The notes beneath the pieces were generated by a model, which saw only the letters and a program-made list of their open reading frames with translations, did not search any database and was not told the DNA's origin. Of a stretch of DNA of 64,000 nucleotides, positions 40,056 through 48,805 are shown one piece after another. Made by a program: the position numbers and the translations under genes. The DNA is from a virus. Taxonomy: Duplodnaviria > Caudoviricetes. Location: IMG/VR virus record IMGVR_UViG_3300027914_000334, positions 1 through 64,000 of that record, one strand, 5' to 3'. How positions within the stretch are numbered: the first letter of the stretch is position 1; the number at the start of each line of letters is the position of its first letter.

Positions 40056-41767
40056 TAAAATTCACCAATTCTTGTATTTGTGAGATGTATAAATTGGTAT
40101 AACAAATTCCTAAGTTCTTTGTTTTGTTCAACAAGATTGCTCATTTTTTCGAATTGATTGTATTGTCGCTTTGTCATCCTAGACTTAGCCATTTCCATAT
40201 ATTTGTCTTTGGTCATGGCTTCCATTTCGTCATCTTCCTCGTCATCTTCATCCTCTTCATCAGTTGACTTGGTAGACTTCTTTGGCTTGTTTGGATTGAC
40301 CTTTGCCGCTTGAGCATCTGGGTCTTCATCGTCCATCGACATATATTCAGACTCAGCATCGGGATCGCCAGTATCATTCTTAGCCAGTGCCAACTGAGCA
40401 TTGAATTCTTCTTCGGCGGCATCTTCAGCGGCTTCCATGCGTTCTTTCACTTCGGCTATAGTGGCATCATCCCAACCAAGTATATTCTCGTAGATATATT
40501 GGTCATCGATGATGGACATATCTTGACTCATCATAGCGGCTACTTGGCACTTAATCTGTTCGATCTTCCACTTGCGTTCTTCGTCAATAGTACCACAAAC
40601 AGGCCAATCGACATATAACGTATCATCTTGTATCTTTTCAGCTTCAAGTGCGTTCTTAAAGAAGCGAATAATTTCTGATTCAAGTACAGTCTGGATCATG
40701 CGTATCATACGAAGGAAACAAATAAATTGCATATCAGAAGTCGATTTAGAATTTACATCTTCTTCCTTACCTATCAAAAGTTTAGGAACACCTACAGCAT
40801 AAATCATTTTATTCTGAAAGTAATTTACATCTTCGATGTTCTTTCCAGTTCCTTCGCCCTTGTTAAGAGCAACAACATTTCCACCAGAACCTTGGCGGGT
40901 AGGTACGTAAATATCTTCCATTGTAGAAAGAGGATTGTACTTGTAAGACATTTGACCTGTAGCTGGATCGATATACTTTCGGCGAATAATTCTTTGTTGG
41001 TATTTCTTCAGATAATCAAGAGCATCATCACCATCAAGATCACCTACGTCTACAATAATGGCATAATTCTGATTCGACCTAGAAAGGCGAGAGATCATAA
41101 GACCCTCTTCCATAAGGCGAACTTGACGATAAATTAACCTAGCTTTCTCTATCCTAGATACGCCTTTGCCAGTGATACCATAACGCCTTCTGTCTGTCTT
41201 TAAAGAGAAGTGAAGACATTCTTTATCTGGCAGTTCAGCTACAACTTTACGATCACTGTTAATCTGTTGGATCATAGGGCTAACGCCCTTGATACCATTC
41301 TCCATTTTAACAATAACTGTTTCAACCGGTATCGATTTGAAGCCAACTACGCGACGAGTCTTTTCACCGAAAAGAATTTCTTCAAAATCATCTCCATACT
41401 TACATACATCACGAACTATGCTGTGAAATTCTGTTTGAAATTTAGTTCGCTTCTCTATCTCATCGATAATTTTTTGATTTTCTTTATTCTTACTCTTAAC
41501 CTTGAAAACACGACTTTTGTTGACGTTATCTGGATACACAACGAAATCAGCTATAACATCCAGTGCTGTTGAAATCTCTGGAATCTCAGCATCCATAAGT
41601 TCATAATCTGTATATTTGGCTCGATCTTCTGAGTTCCTTCCCAACTGAGCATCTAAGTACGAAGACCAATTAGACTGTTCTGCGTAATCAGGATCGGCTT
41701 GTGTCTTTGCCTTCTTAGGCGCTTCTTCACCCTTGAATATTCGTTTAAGAGCTTCTATGATACTCAT
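40055..41767 (-). CDS. portal protein, T4 gp20-like
   Basis: PEISTALD, LMEE...I.R, VDVG, ED.Y.P.R..G, IEDVNYFQNK.....VP. Confidence 0.92.
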   Translation of the reverse strand: MSIIEALKRIFKGEEAPKKAKTQADPDYAEQSNWSSYLDAQLGRNSEDRAKYTDYELMDAEIPEISTALDVIADFVVYPDNVNKSRVFKVKSKNKENQKIIDEIEKRTKFQTEFHSIVRDVCKYGDDFEEILFGEKTRRVVGFKSIPVETVIVKMENGIKGVSPMIQQINSDRKVVAELPDKECLHFSLKTDRRRYGITGKGVSRIEKARLIYRQVRLMEEGLMISRLSRSNQNYAIIVDVGDLDGDDALDYLKKYQQRIIRRKYIDPATGQMSYKYNPLSTMEDIYVPTRQGSGGNVVALNKGEGTGKNIEDVNYFQNKMIYAVGVPKLLIGKEEDVNSKSTSDMQFICFLRMIRMIQTVLESEIIRFFKNALEAEKIQDDTLYVDWPVCGTIDEERKWKIEQIKCQVAAMMSQDMSIIDDQYIYENILGWDDATIAEVKERMEAAEDAAEEEFNAQLALAKNDTGDPDAESEYMSMDDEDPDAQAAKVNPNKPKKSTKSTDEEDEDDEEDDEMEAMTKDKYMEMAKSRMTKRQYNQFEKMSNLVEQNKELRNLLYQFIHLTNTRIGEF

Positions 41768-41783
41768 TTGGATTACTCCTTAA

Positions 41784-42818
41784 TTATTTCGAAAAAAAAT
41801 TTCTATAAAACATAACAGATTCATTAATAGTATCAGCTATGTTCTTATTTGAAAATCTGTTATTTTTAACGATTTCGATTATACTAGAACTTTTAAAATT
41901 ACTCAATGGTATTACAGGAATTCCTAATTCTTCAGCAGCAATACCTCTAGTATCTACTCTAATTAATACAGTTCTGCCACCAATACCGTGAATTGGTAAT
42001 GCAGTGTGTAGTCTAGTCGAAATACATATATCAACATGACTATAAAATTCAATCATTTCTTTGGAATTATTAAATCGCACACATTCACCAAATGTATTAT
42101 TAGTAAATTCATAGTCGATTATATTTACCTGTGCGAAAAATTTACATGGCTTACCAGTATAATTTTCTATGAATTGTTTGGTTTCTTTTATTTCCGTTAT
42201 TAATTCTTCTTTATCTTCTCTGTTTTTAATATAATCGGCTGTGATATTAATTGCATTATATTGTTTATCTGTATTAAAGATTCCATGTTTCAAACAAGCA
42301 AATGTTCCAGTACATGGAAGTAGCGTTGAATTAACATTATTTGTTTCTAAGTATCTTTGAGCCATCTTGTCTCTAGTTGTAATTAATTTTGTGTTATTAC
42401 AGGCTTTATCCAAAATTATTTCATTGAGAAGTGATTTGTTAAGATGTGCAGCAAATTCATCTGGAGTTATAGACTCAGATGGATAACCACCACCACCGGC
42501 CAATCTTAGAATAGGAACACCTGTATAGTTTAAATAATCCCATATTTCATTATCGTAGAAAAATCTCCACTCTTCAAAATTGTTATATTGTGGCATACCA
42601 CCATAAATTATAAAATCACACGTTCTCATAATCTCCATCTGTTCTCTAGTGAAAGGTTCCCATCTACTTATAAGCACCCATTCAATAGGTATTGGTTTAA
42701 GTGCTTCTTCAATAATATATTGAAGACCATGACCAATGAAACAATCACCCACATTTGAATTGTTATAGCTTTCTTGATTTGTCTCATCAATAATCCTTGT
42801 CAGCAATGCTATTTTCAT
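41784..42818 (-). CDS. polysaccharide pyruvyl transferase-like protein
   Basis: NVGD, YGG, TTRD, ISTRLH..LP, D.R motifs. Confidence 0.75.
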   Translation of the reverse strand: MKIALLTRIIDETNQESYNNSNVGDCFIGHGLQYIIEEALKPIPIEWVLISRWEPFTREQMEIMRTCDFIIYGGMPQYNNFEEWRFFYDNEIWDYLNYTGVPILRLAGGGGYPSESITPDEFAAHLNKSLLNEIILDKACNNTKLITTRDKMAQRYLETNNVNSTLLPCTGTFACLKHGIFNTDKQYNAINITADYIKNREDKEELITEIKETKQFIENYTGKPCKFFAQVNIIDYEFTNNTFGECVRFNNSKEMIEFYSHVDICISTRLHTALPIHGIGGRTVLIRVDTRGIAAEELGIPVIPLSNFKSSSIIEIVKNNRFSNKNIADTINESVMFYRNFFSK

Positions 42819-43105
42819 TTTTTTATTCCCTTCACATAATCGTCAAAGTCTTTCAGTATGCTCTCTAGTGTCTCTTCATTGCTTGGCTCATTATTGGTAA
42901 GAGTTGTTGGTAATAATGAATCGTCTTGAAATTTCATATTCACATGACAATTATATACTAACTGTCCTACGGCGTCAGCTAAGTCCTTACTATTATGAAC
43001 ATATGGACCATCACTTAATTTAAAATTATTAAATTTTTCAACTTCTATATCATAAACAGGTACAGCTATTTTTAATTGAATCCTAGTTGTTTTCTTTATT
43101 TTCAT
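42815..43105 (-). CDS. terL: terminase C-fragment: 38-aa C-intein + C-extein
   Basis: MKIKK...VYDIEV...NF...VHN|SKDLADAV; intein blocks F/G followed by terminase nuclease KD.ADA motif. Confidence 0.9.
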   Translation of the reverse strand: MKIKKTTRIQLKIAVPVYDIEVEKFNNFKLSDGPYVHNSKDLADAVGQLVYNCHVNMKFQDDSLLPTTLTNNEPSNEETLESILKDFDDYVKGIKK

Positions 43106-43787
43106 TTGATTTCATCCATTCTTCTAAAAAATTTATAGCGTCCTGTTCTGTTAAAAACCATCCTAAATGTTTTTTATATTTTACAACTCTCCACTTTTCT
43201 TTTGCTTTACGGCAATGAGAGTATGATACTCCTGTAACTTTTGAAGTTCTATTGCATTTATTATGTGGTTGGCTTTTAATAACTCCAGAATAATCTATAA
43301 CATCTGGATAATTTAATATGGCAAATTCTCCACGCTTTTCTCTAGCTTCCTTATCATATGCTAGGGCTGCAATATTTGCTGTCTTATAATATCCAATCGA
43401 TTTACCATCTATGGACGCTTTATAACAATTTTGACTTTCCTTTGTAACACCAATAAACCCACATTCGTTTGGAGTTCTAATGGAATTCCACGCATTACCT
43501 TTGTAATCTGTCAATCTTAAATTTTCTTTTCGATTATCAAGGCGATTATGATTCTTATGGTCTATAACTACACCATCTCCAATTTCCAAATTAAACACAT
43601 ATCTATGAGCAATTATATTTTTTTGAACAATATTATTTTTTGAATGGCTTCCAGATATATGTTTTACAGTAATGGCATAGCCATCATGATAGTACCACTT
43701 ATGTTGTATAAATTTCTCATAATCCTCATCATCTACTAACATTACTTTTCCACAGCCACTATTACCGTTAAGTTTAATTTCTTTCAT
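43083..43787 (-). CDS. HNH-AP2 homing endonuclease
   Basis: LVDDED, AHR, IDHKNHNRLDNRKENLR; AP2-like GFIGV...AALAYD...GEFAILN; second AP2-like repeat. Confidence 0.92.
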   Translation of the reverse strand: MKEIKLNGNSGCGKVMLVDDEDYEKFIQHKWYYHDGYAITVKHISGSHSKNNIVQKNIIAHRYVFNLEIGDGVVIDHKNHNRLDNRKENLRLTDYKGNAWNSIRTPNECGFIGVTKESQNCYKASIDGKSIGYYKTANIAALAYDKEAREKRGEFAILNYPDVIDYSGVIKSQPHNKCNRTSKVTGVSYSHCRKAKEKWRVVKYKKHLGWFLTEQDAINFLEEWMKSNENKENN

Positions 43788-43825
43788 ATTTCCCTCCATA
43801 TGATCTTTAGTATATAACAGTATGG

Positions 43826-45889
43826 TCAGTCTTGTAAATCATCATTATCGTTAAGTTCATCAGCTCGTTTATAAATACCACTTTTTAATAAAAATCTATG
43901 ATCTGGAGTGCATCTTATCTTTTTACCATTTTCAAATTCCAATTCTATTAATTCATCAACATATTTTGTCAATTTCCAATCTTTAACTTGAGATATGGTT
44001 TCGTTTTTATTATTAATATCATAACATTTGCACATTTTACCCACCAATTTGTCTTTATCGTCTATTCGGACTAATGATCCATCTGCCAATTCTATTTCAG
44101 TATCTCCAATGAAACAACCCTTCACCGGATGGTCTATCTTATCATTAACATAATTTCTTTCTAGTCTATTAAGCTCATCTTCCAATACTGGATGATATAT
44201 GCATTTAACTCTATTTTCATACAATGCTGTTCTAAATGTCTCATATGGTTCTGTTGTTTTATCCATAGATATATAATCGAAATTAACTCCGTTTCTTCGC
44301 AAAATTTGTTGCATATCTGCCGACTGGAATCCGTCAGCAGAACCATACTTGATCTTATATCCAAGCTTTTTGAGCTTGAATATCAAGAAACGTAGCCTAG
44401 ACAATTCTACTTCTCCAAACTCTGCCTCTGGATAAACCTGTAATAACATTTCAACTTTTACTATAGGTAATCTTGCTTTTACCACTTGCATTTGCTGTAT
44501 TTCATCATTAAAAAATTCTCGCTCAATAGATACCAAGTCTTCGATATATCCCATAGCAAAACCAAGCTTATCTTTTTTAAGACCAATATCCATGGCGATA
44601 TATCGAATCTTATCTCTATTATCTGGCTTGAATTTAACGATCTTCTCTATACATTCATACTGTGGTTTTGGAGACAGGGTAGCCTTATCAACTGAGAATA
44701 CTCGTTCGATAGATTCATCGAACATCTCTTGAATCTTTTCTTTCTGACCAACAAAAGGCTGGACAGAGTAAACGGCAACACCGGCTATATCTCTAAGAGC
44801 ATTGTCTATGTCCTTCTTGAACTTGTCATAAAAGTCAACAGGAATAGAGATAACATCACCAACAACATCGGTTTCGTTACCATCGAGAATTCGACTTTTT
44901 CTGTTAAGACCACCGACCTCAACCTTGAACTCTTCCTTAGAATACCTATCTCTATTAACTTTCCAAAGGTTATAATCTAAGACATAGGTTGTCTTATCTT
45001 CGGCTTCCTTTGCTAACTTAATGCGTTGTTCTGTGAAGTCATTTGGATACACACGAGAAGAACCGACATATAGAATACCGGGCTTTCTTCCTGCTTTTAA
45101 GAAGCGTGATTCCTGTCTTCTAAGTAGCGAGTTGTAGAGAACAAGAGCCTCATCATACATACCATCTGGGTTGTTTCCGCGTTTTGAATTCTCTACTACC
45201 TTGAAGAAGTTGGCTTCGTCCAGTGCGGCTGAGAATATATTCAAACCAATAGCTGATGACTGTGAAGATGATCCATTGAAGAATTCTATATTGCTTGGAA
45301 ATTGCAAAGATTCGCTTGCTCTTTTATCATCGAAGTAAAAATTCTCTTTAAAGTAGTCGATAGCCTTAACCATTTCCTTAACAGCACCGAAGATATTTTT
45401 CTTCGATTGTTTCTCTGTAATAGATATTACCATGATACCTATCTTGGATACTTGCGACAATCCGAAGTATCTTTGTGGGTTCTTGAAACATGACAGTAAA
45501 TACAGATGCCATAACAATCCAAGTTCCATGAAGAATGATTTTCCAAATCCAATACCACCAGTAGCAACAACTTCTCTATATACTGCGTTTATATCATGTA
45601 CCTTACAGAACTCATCTTTAAGAACCGGATACATGGTTTCAGCAACACCAGTTCCTGTTTTGGGGTTTCTTCCACAATAATAGCCATCTTCTAGGAATAC
45701 TCTAGGAGTGACAGGTTCATGTTTAAAAGGATACATATCTTCTATAACGTCTGAAAACAAATCCTCAATCACCAAATTTAATATTTCTGTATTATTTTGA
45801 TGTTTCTCGACAATATGACGGGTTTCTGGCTTTGCCATTAACATTTTATTGATAGCAGATTTTATCTGGTCTTTATTAAAAAATTGCAT
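43826..45889 (-). CDS. terL: terminase large subunit N-fragment + 96-aa N-intein (43829-44116)
   Basis: GGIGFGKS Walker A, ALDEANF Walker B, AMDIG, DGFQS, IDHP; then CFIGDT...CTPDHRF (intein blocks A and B). Confidence 0.92.
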   Translation of the reverse strand: MQFFNKDQIKSAINKMLMAKPETRHIVEKHQNNTEILNLVIEDLFSDVIEDMYPFKHEPVTPRVFLEDGYYCGRNPKTGTGVAETMYPVLKDEFCKVHDINAVYREVVATGGIGFGKSFFMELGLLWHLYLLSCFKNPQRYFGLSQVSKIGIMVISITEKQSKKNIFGAVKEMVKAIDYFKENFYFDDKRASESLQFPSNIEFFNGSSSQSSAIGLNIFSAALDEANFFKVVENSKRGNNPDGMYDEALVLYNSLLRRQESRFLKAGRKPGILYVGSSRVYPNDFTEQRIKLAKEAEDKTTYVLDYNLWKVNRDRYSKEEFKVEVGGLNRKSRILDGNETDVVGDVISIPVDFYDKFKKDIDNALRDIAGVAVYSVQPFVGQKEKIQEMFDESIERVFSVDKATLSPKPQYECIEKIVKFKPDNRDKIRYIAMDIGLKKDKLGFAMGYIEDLVSIEREFFNDEIQQMQVVKARLPIVKVEMLLQVYPEAEFGEVELSRLRFLIFKLKKLGYKIKYGSADGFQSADMQQILRRNGVNFDYISMDKTTEPYETFRTALYENRVKCIYHPVLEDELNRLERNYVNDKIDHPVKGCFIGDTEIELADGSLVRIDDKDKLVGKMCKCYDINNKNETISQVKDWKLTKYVDELIELEFENGKKIRCTPDHRFLLKSGIYKRADELNDNDDLQD

Positions 45890-45953
45890 TTTTTACCCCT
45901 TGACTTTTGCCAAAATACGTTGTACAAACACATTATCATTAATGGAGGTTTGT

Positions 45954-46778
45954 ATGGCTGATAATTTAGTTATTTTAATTCATGGTAAAGCGTTTGCAGG
46001 TAAAGATAGTGTTTACAACACTCTAAGAATAATGACCTCAAAATACTTCCAGAACATAACATACAATGATTATCAGAGTTTTGTAAACAACGTATATACC
46101 GAAACAGTTCCAGAATTTCTAATGCAACATGTAGAACACTGTATTCGCGTTCCATTTGCTGATGAAGTGAAGAAAGAATTATGTAGGATAAATCCAAAAG
46201 TAGATTACCAGAGGCTTATGTCCGATCCAGTATATAAGTCTTCATTCAGGAAAGAACTCGTAGAAATAGGAGATGGATATAGGCAGGATGATCCGGCTAT
46301 CTGGGTTAAGAAACATAGAGAAACATTCTTCCCACTCCTGAAGAAAATATCCAAGAAAGTTGTATTTATTACTGATGTAAGGTACGTCAATGAATATAAC
46401 TATGGGGAAGAGATCGAAAAAGAGACAAACAATATAGTGTTAAGAATCAAGATAGATGCCCCACTTCCAGATAGGCTTACTAGAATGTCGTATGATGCTG
46501 TTAAGAAGTATGTGAAATACAGCAAATATAACGCTGGTGAAAATATGGAAGAGATTTCTGAAAGGGCTGGCTGTAAGCTGAAATGGGATTTGGTAATAGA
46601 TAATCCAAATTTCACACCAAGTAATAGCTTCAATGCGATACCATATATCCCATTTCTTCCTGTCATAACAAATACAATAGCATATAACGGTTATTATACA
46701 GATTTATTTAAAATGCTGTCTCCACAATTACAAACAATAGCAAAATTATATGAAAATATGAGGGAAGCTAGAATATGA
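45954..46778 (+). CDS. deoxynucleoside monophosphate kinase-like P-loop kinase
   Basis: IHGKAFAGKD, FADEVK, ITDVRY.NE; GGAGG RBS before MADNL. Confidence 0.75.
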   Translation: MADNLVILIHGKAFAGKDSVYNTLRIMTSKYFQNITYNDYQSFVNNVYTETVPEFLMQHVEHCIRVPFADEVKKELCRINPKVDYQRLMSDPVYKSSFRKELVEIGDGYRQDDPAIWVKKHRETFFPLLKKISKKVVFITDVRYVNEYNYGEEIEKETNNIVLRIKIDAPLPDRLTRMSYDAVKKYVKYSKYNAGENMEEISERAGCKLKWDLVIDNPNFTPSNSFNAIPYIPFLPVITNTIAYNGYYTDLFKMLSPQLQTIAKLYENMREARI

Positions 46779-47416
46779 ACGTTAAACTTTTGCGATATAC
46801 GAAAGACCCGCTCCAAACAATCATAGATGCCTATCGGCGTTGTCATTTATCAGAAGAAAAGTCCGATACACAATGCGAATGTATTGGTGATAGTGATGAA
46901 AAACTGCTCAAGAAGTGTATTAAGTTAGGACACCATTCACCTTTGGAGTTTGTAGATTTTGAATTTGATATCACTCTCTCTAAGGTTGCCGATAGACAAT
47001 TGTGCCGTCATAGAATGGCTTCCTATGCTGGAGAGAGCATGAGATATGTCACAGCTAATGATTATTTTACACCCAAGACTATATTCAATAACGATAAGGC
47101 AATGTCTATCTTTATGGCATCGATGTTGCACTCGTTTTCCAAGTACCAAGAACTTATAGAAAACGGGGTGAATATTGAAGATGCACGATATGTATTACCT
47201 CTGGCAACTACTGGCAAGTTTCTTTATAAGACCAATCTTAGATCACTCAGAAACGCTATTGCCGAAAGAACCTGTAAATACGCACAGACCGAAATAAGAG
47301 AAATCTTCTTACAGATAAAGGAACTTGTAGCGAGTATCCAGCCTATTTTCCTTTATCGAACAGAAAAGATGTATTCCTGTGAAGTTAAGTGTGGACAGTG
47401 TATGGGAGTTATGTAA
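46775..47416 (+). CDS. thyX: FAD-dependent thymidylate synthase
   Basis: GHHSPLEF, QLCRHRMASYAGESMRY, EDARYVLP, AQTEIR. Confidence 0.93.
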   Translation: MNVKLLRYTKDPLQTIIDAYRRCHLSEEKSDTQCECIGDSDEKLLKKCIKLGHHSPLEFVDFEFDITLSKVADRQLCRHRMASYAGESMRYVTANDYFTPKTIFNNDKAMSIFMASMLHSFSKYQELIENGVNIEDARYVLPLATTGKFLYKTNLRSLRNAIAERTCKYAQTEIREIFLQIKELVASIQPIFLYRTEKMYSCEVKCGQCMGVM

Positions 47417-47949
47417 TGAATTATCATTTATTTGATAATATATTGAATAACATAACAAACGAAGCTATCCGCAAGTTTACAATCAACGTTCTTGATGCCT
47501 GTGATCCAATCCTAGAAAAGATTCCAGCGTCTACATCTGGTAAGTATCATCCAGAAGAATGTTGTAGAGAAGGTGGGCTTGTGATTCATATTTTACGAGC
47601 TTGCTTCTTCGGTAATATGTTAATAAATTCTATGAATTTAGATAAGAATGACATAAAAGGAGATATAATTCTTTCTTCATTGCTTCTTCACGATATTGCA
47701 AAGAAGGAAAAATATAAAAACTATCAAGAATACGATTTTCATCCAGTTAATGCGGCTAGACACGTTGAAGTTTTCAAAGGTAATTTAAACGAAACGTATT
47801 TTAAATTGATACAGGAATGTATTAAGCATCATATGGGTCCATTCATGGGAAATACATACAAGAAATCACTATCCAAATATAATATTTTGGAATTGATTGT
47901 TTATCAGTCAGACTACCTAGCTTCAAAGAAGGAAATAGATATTAAATGA
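47416..47949 (+). CDS. HD-domain phosphohydrolase
   Basis: PASTSGKYH, GGLVIH, LLHDIAK, HP, HHMG, SDYLAS. Confidence 0.85.
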   Translation: MNYHLFDNILNNITNEAIRKFTINVLDACDPILEKIPASTSGKYHPEECCREGGLVIHILRACFFGNMLINSMNLDKNDIKGDIILSSLLLHDIAKKEKYKNYQEYDFHPVNAARHVEVFKGNLNETYFKLIQECIKHHMGPFMGNTYKKSLSKYNILELIVYQSDYLASKKEIDIK

Positions 47950-48719
47950 AATATATAGATATCCCAAATAAAAATATTAAGAATGTAATATATATGGTAA
48001 CAAATATCATAAATGGGAAGTCATATATAGGTCAAACAATATATTTGCTTAGAAAGAGAATGACTAAACATAAGTCCGGTAATAATACATATCCATTGGG
48101 AATGGCTATTAGGAAGTATGGTTGTGAAAACTTCGAAGTAAGAATCCTACACAAATGTTCATCTTTAGATGAACTAAATAGGTTAGAAGTAGAAGAAATT
48201 AAAAACAGAAATACGTTAATACCAAATGGGTATAATATAGAAATTGGAGGAAATAATAAATGTTCAAACGAGGAAAGTATTAAAAAGATAAAAAATTGGT
48301 ACAAAAATAACAAAAGAAAATTCTCTGATATAATTAATAGTAAAGAAAACCGAGATAAAGTTTCAACAAATACGAAAATTGGGATATATAAAAAAGTTGG
48401 GGAGATTGAACGACGACGTAGTTTAATGTTTGAGAGAAATAAAAATGATTTTGACAAAAATTTACTATTGATGACAAAACTAGTGGAATATATTAGATAC
48501 GAAGATGCGTTTATTTTAAATGAACATATGATTAATGACATAGTAAGATTTATAAAAGCCAAGTATTCAATACCTTCTATATGGAAGTCACTCAAAACGA
48601 AAAGATATCTAAGAAATATCTATGGAGATTGCACAATGTTATCAATAGGTAATATTAGAGGTATTATAAAACGTCATGATCTATTGGCAACTTCCCAAAA
48701 ATGCATTGAAATCAAGTAA
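47946..48719 (+). CDS. GIY-YIG homing endonuclease
   Basis: VIYMVTNIINGKSYIGQT, R..KH, E...I...NT..PNGYN; very AT-rich. Confidence 0.88.
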   Translation: MKYIDIPNKNIKNVIYMVTNIINGKSYIGQTIYLLRKRMTKHKSGNNTYPLGMAIRKYGCENFEVRILHKCSSLDELNRLEVEEIKNRNTLIPNGYNIEIGGNNKCSNEESIKKIKNWYKNNKRKFSDIINSKENRDKVSTNTKIGIYKKVGEIERRRSLMFERNKNDFDKNLLLMTKLVEYIRYEDAFILNEHMINDIVRFIKAKYSIPSIWKSLKTKRYLRNIYGDCTMLSIGNIRGIIKRHDLLATSQKCIEIK

Positions 48720-48805
48720 GAACTATCGTAGAATCTATACAGTAACGGCGAATGGAGTATTTAAAATTTTACTCCATTCGCCTATTTATACTACCGGAGA
48801 AGGAT

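Noticed and set aside
43083-43825. Group I intron carrying the HNH gene
   Set aside because: Under 40 nt of non-coding sequence on one side and a gene overlap on the other, leaving no room for a ribozyme core; the IntC half has its own ATG.
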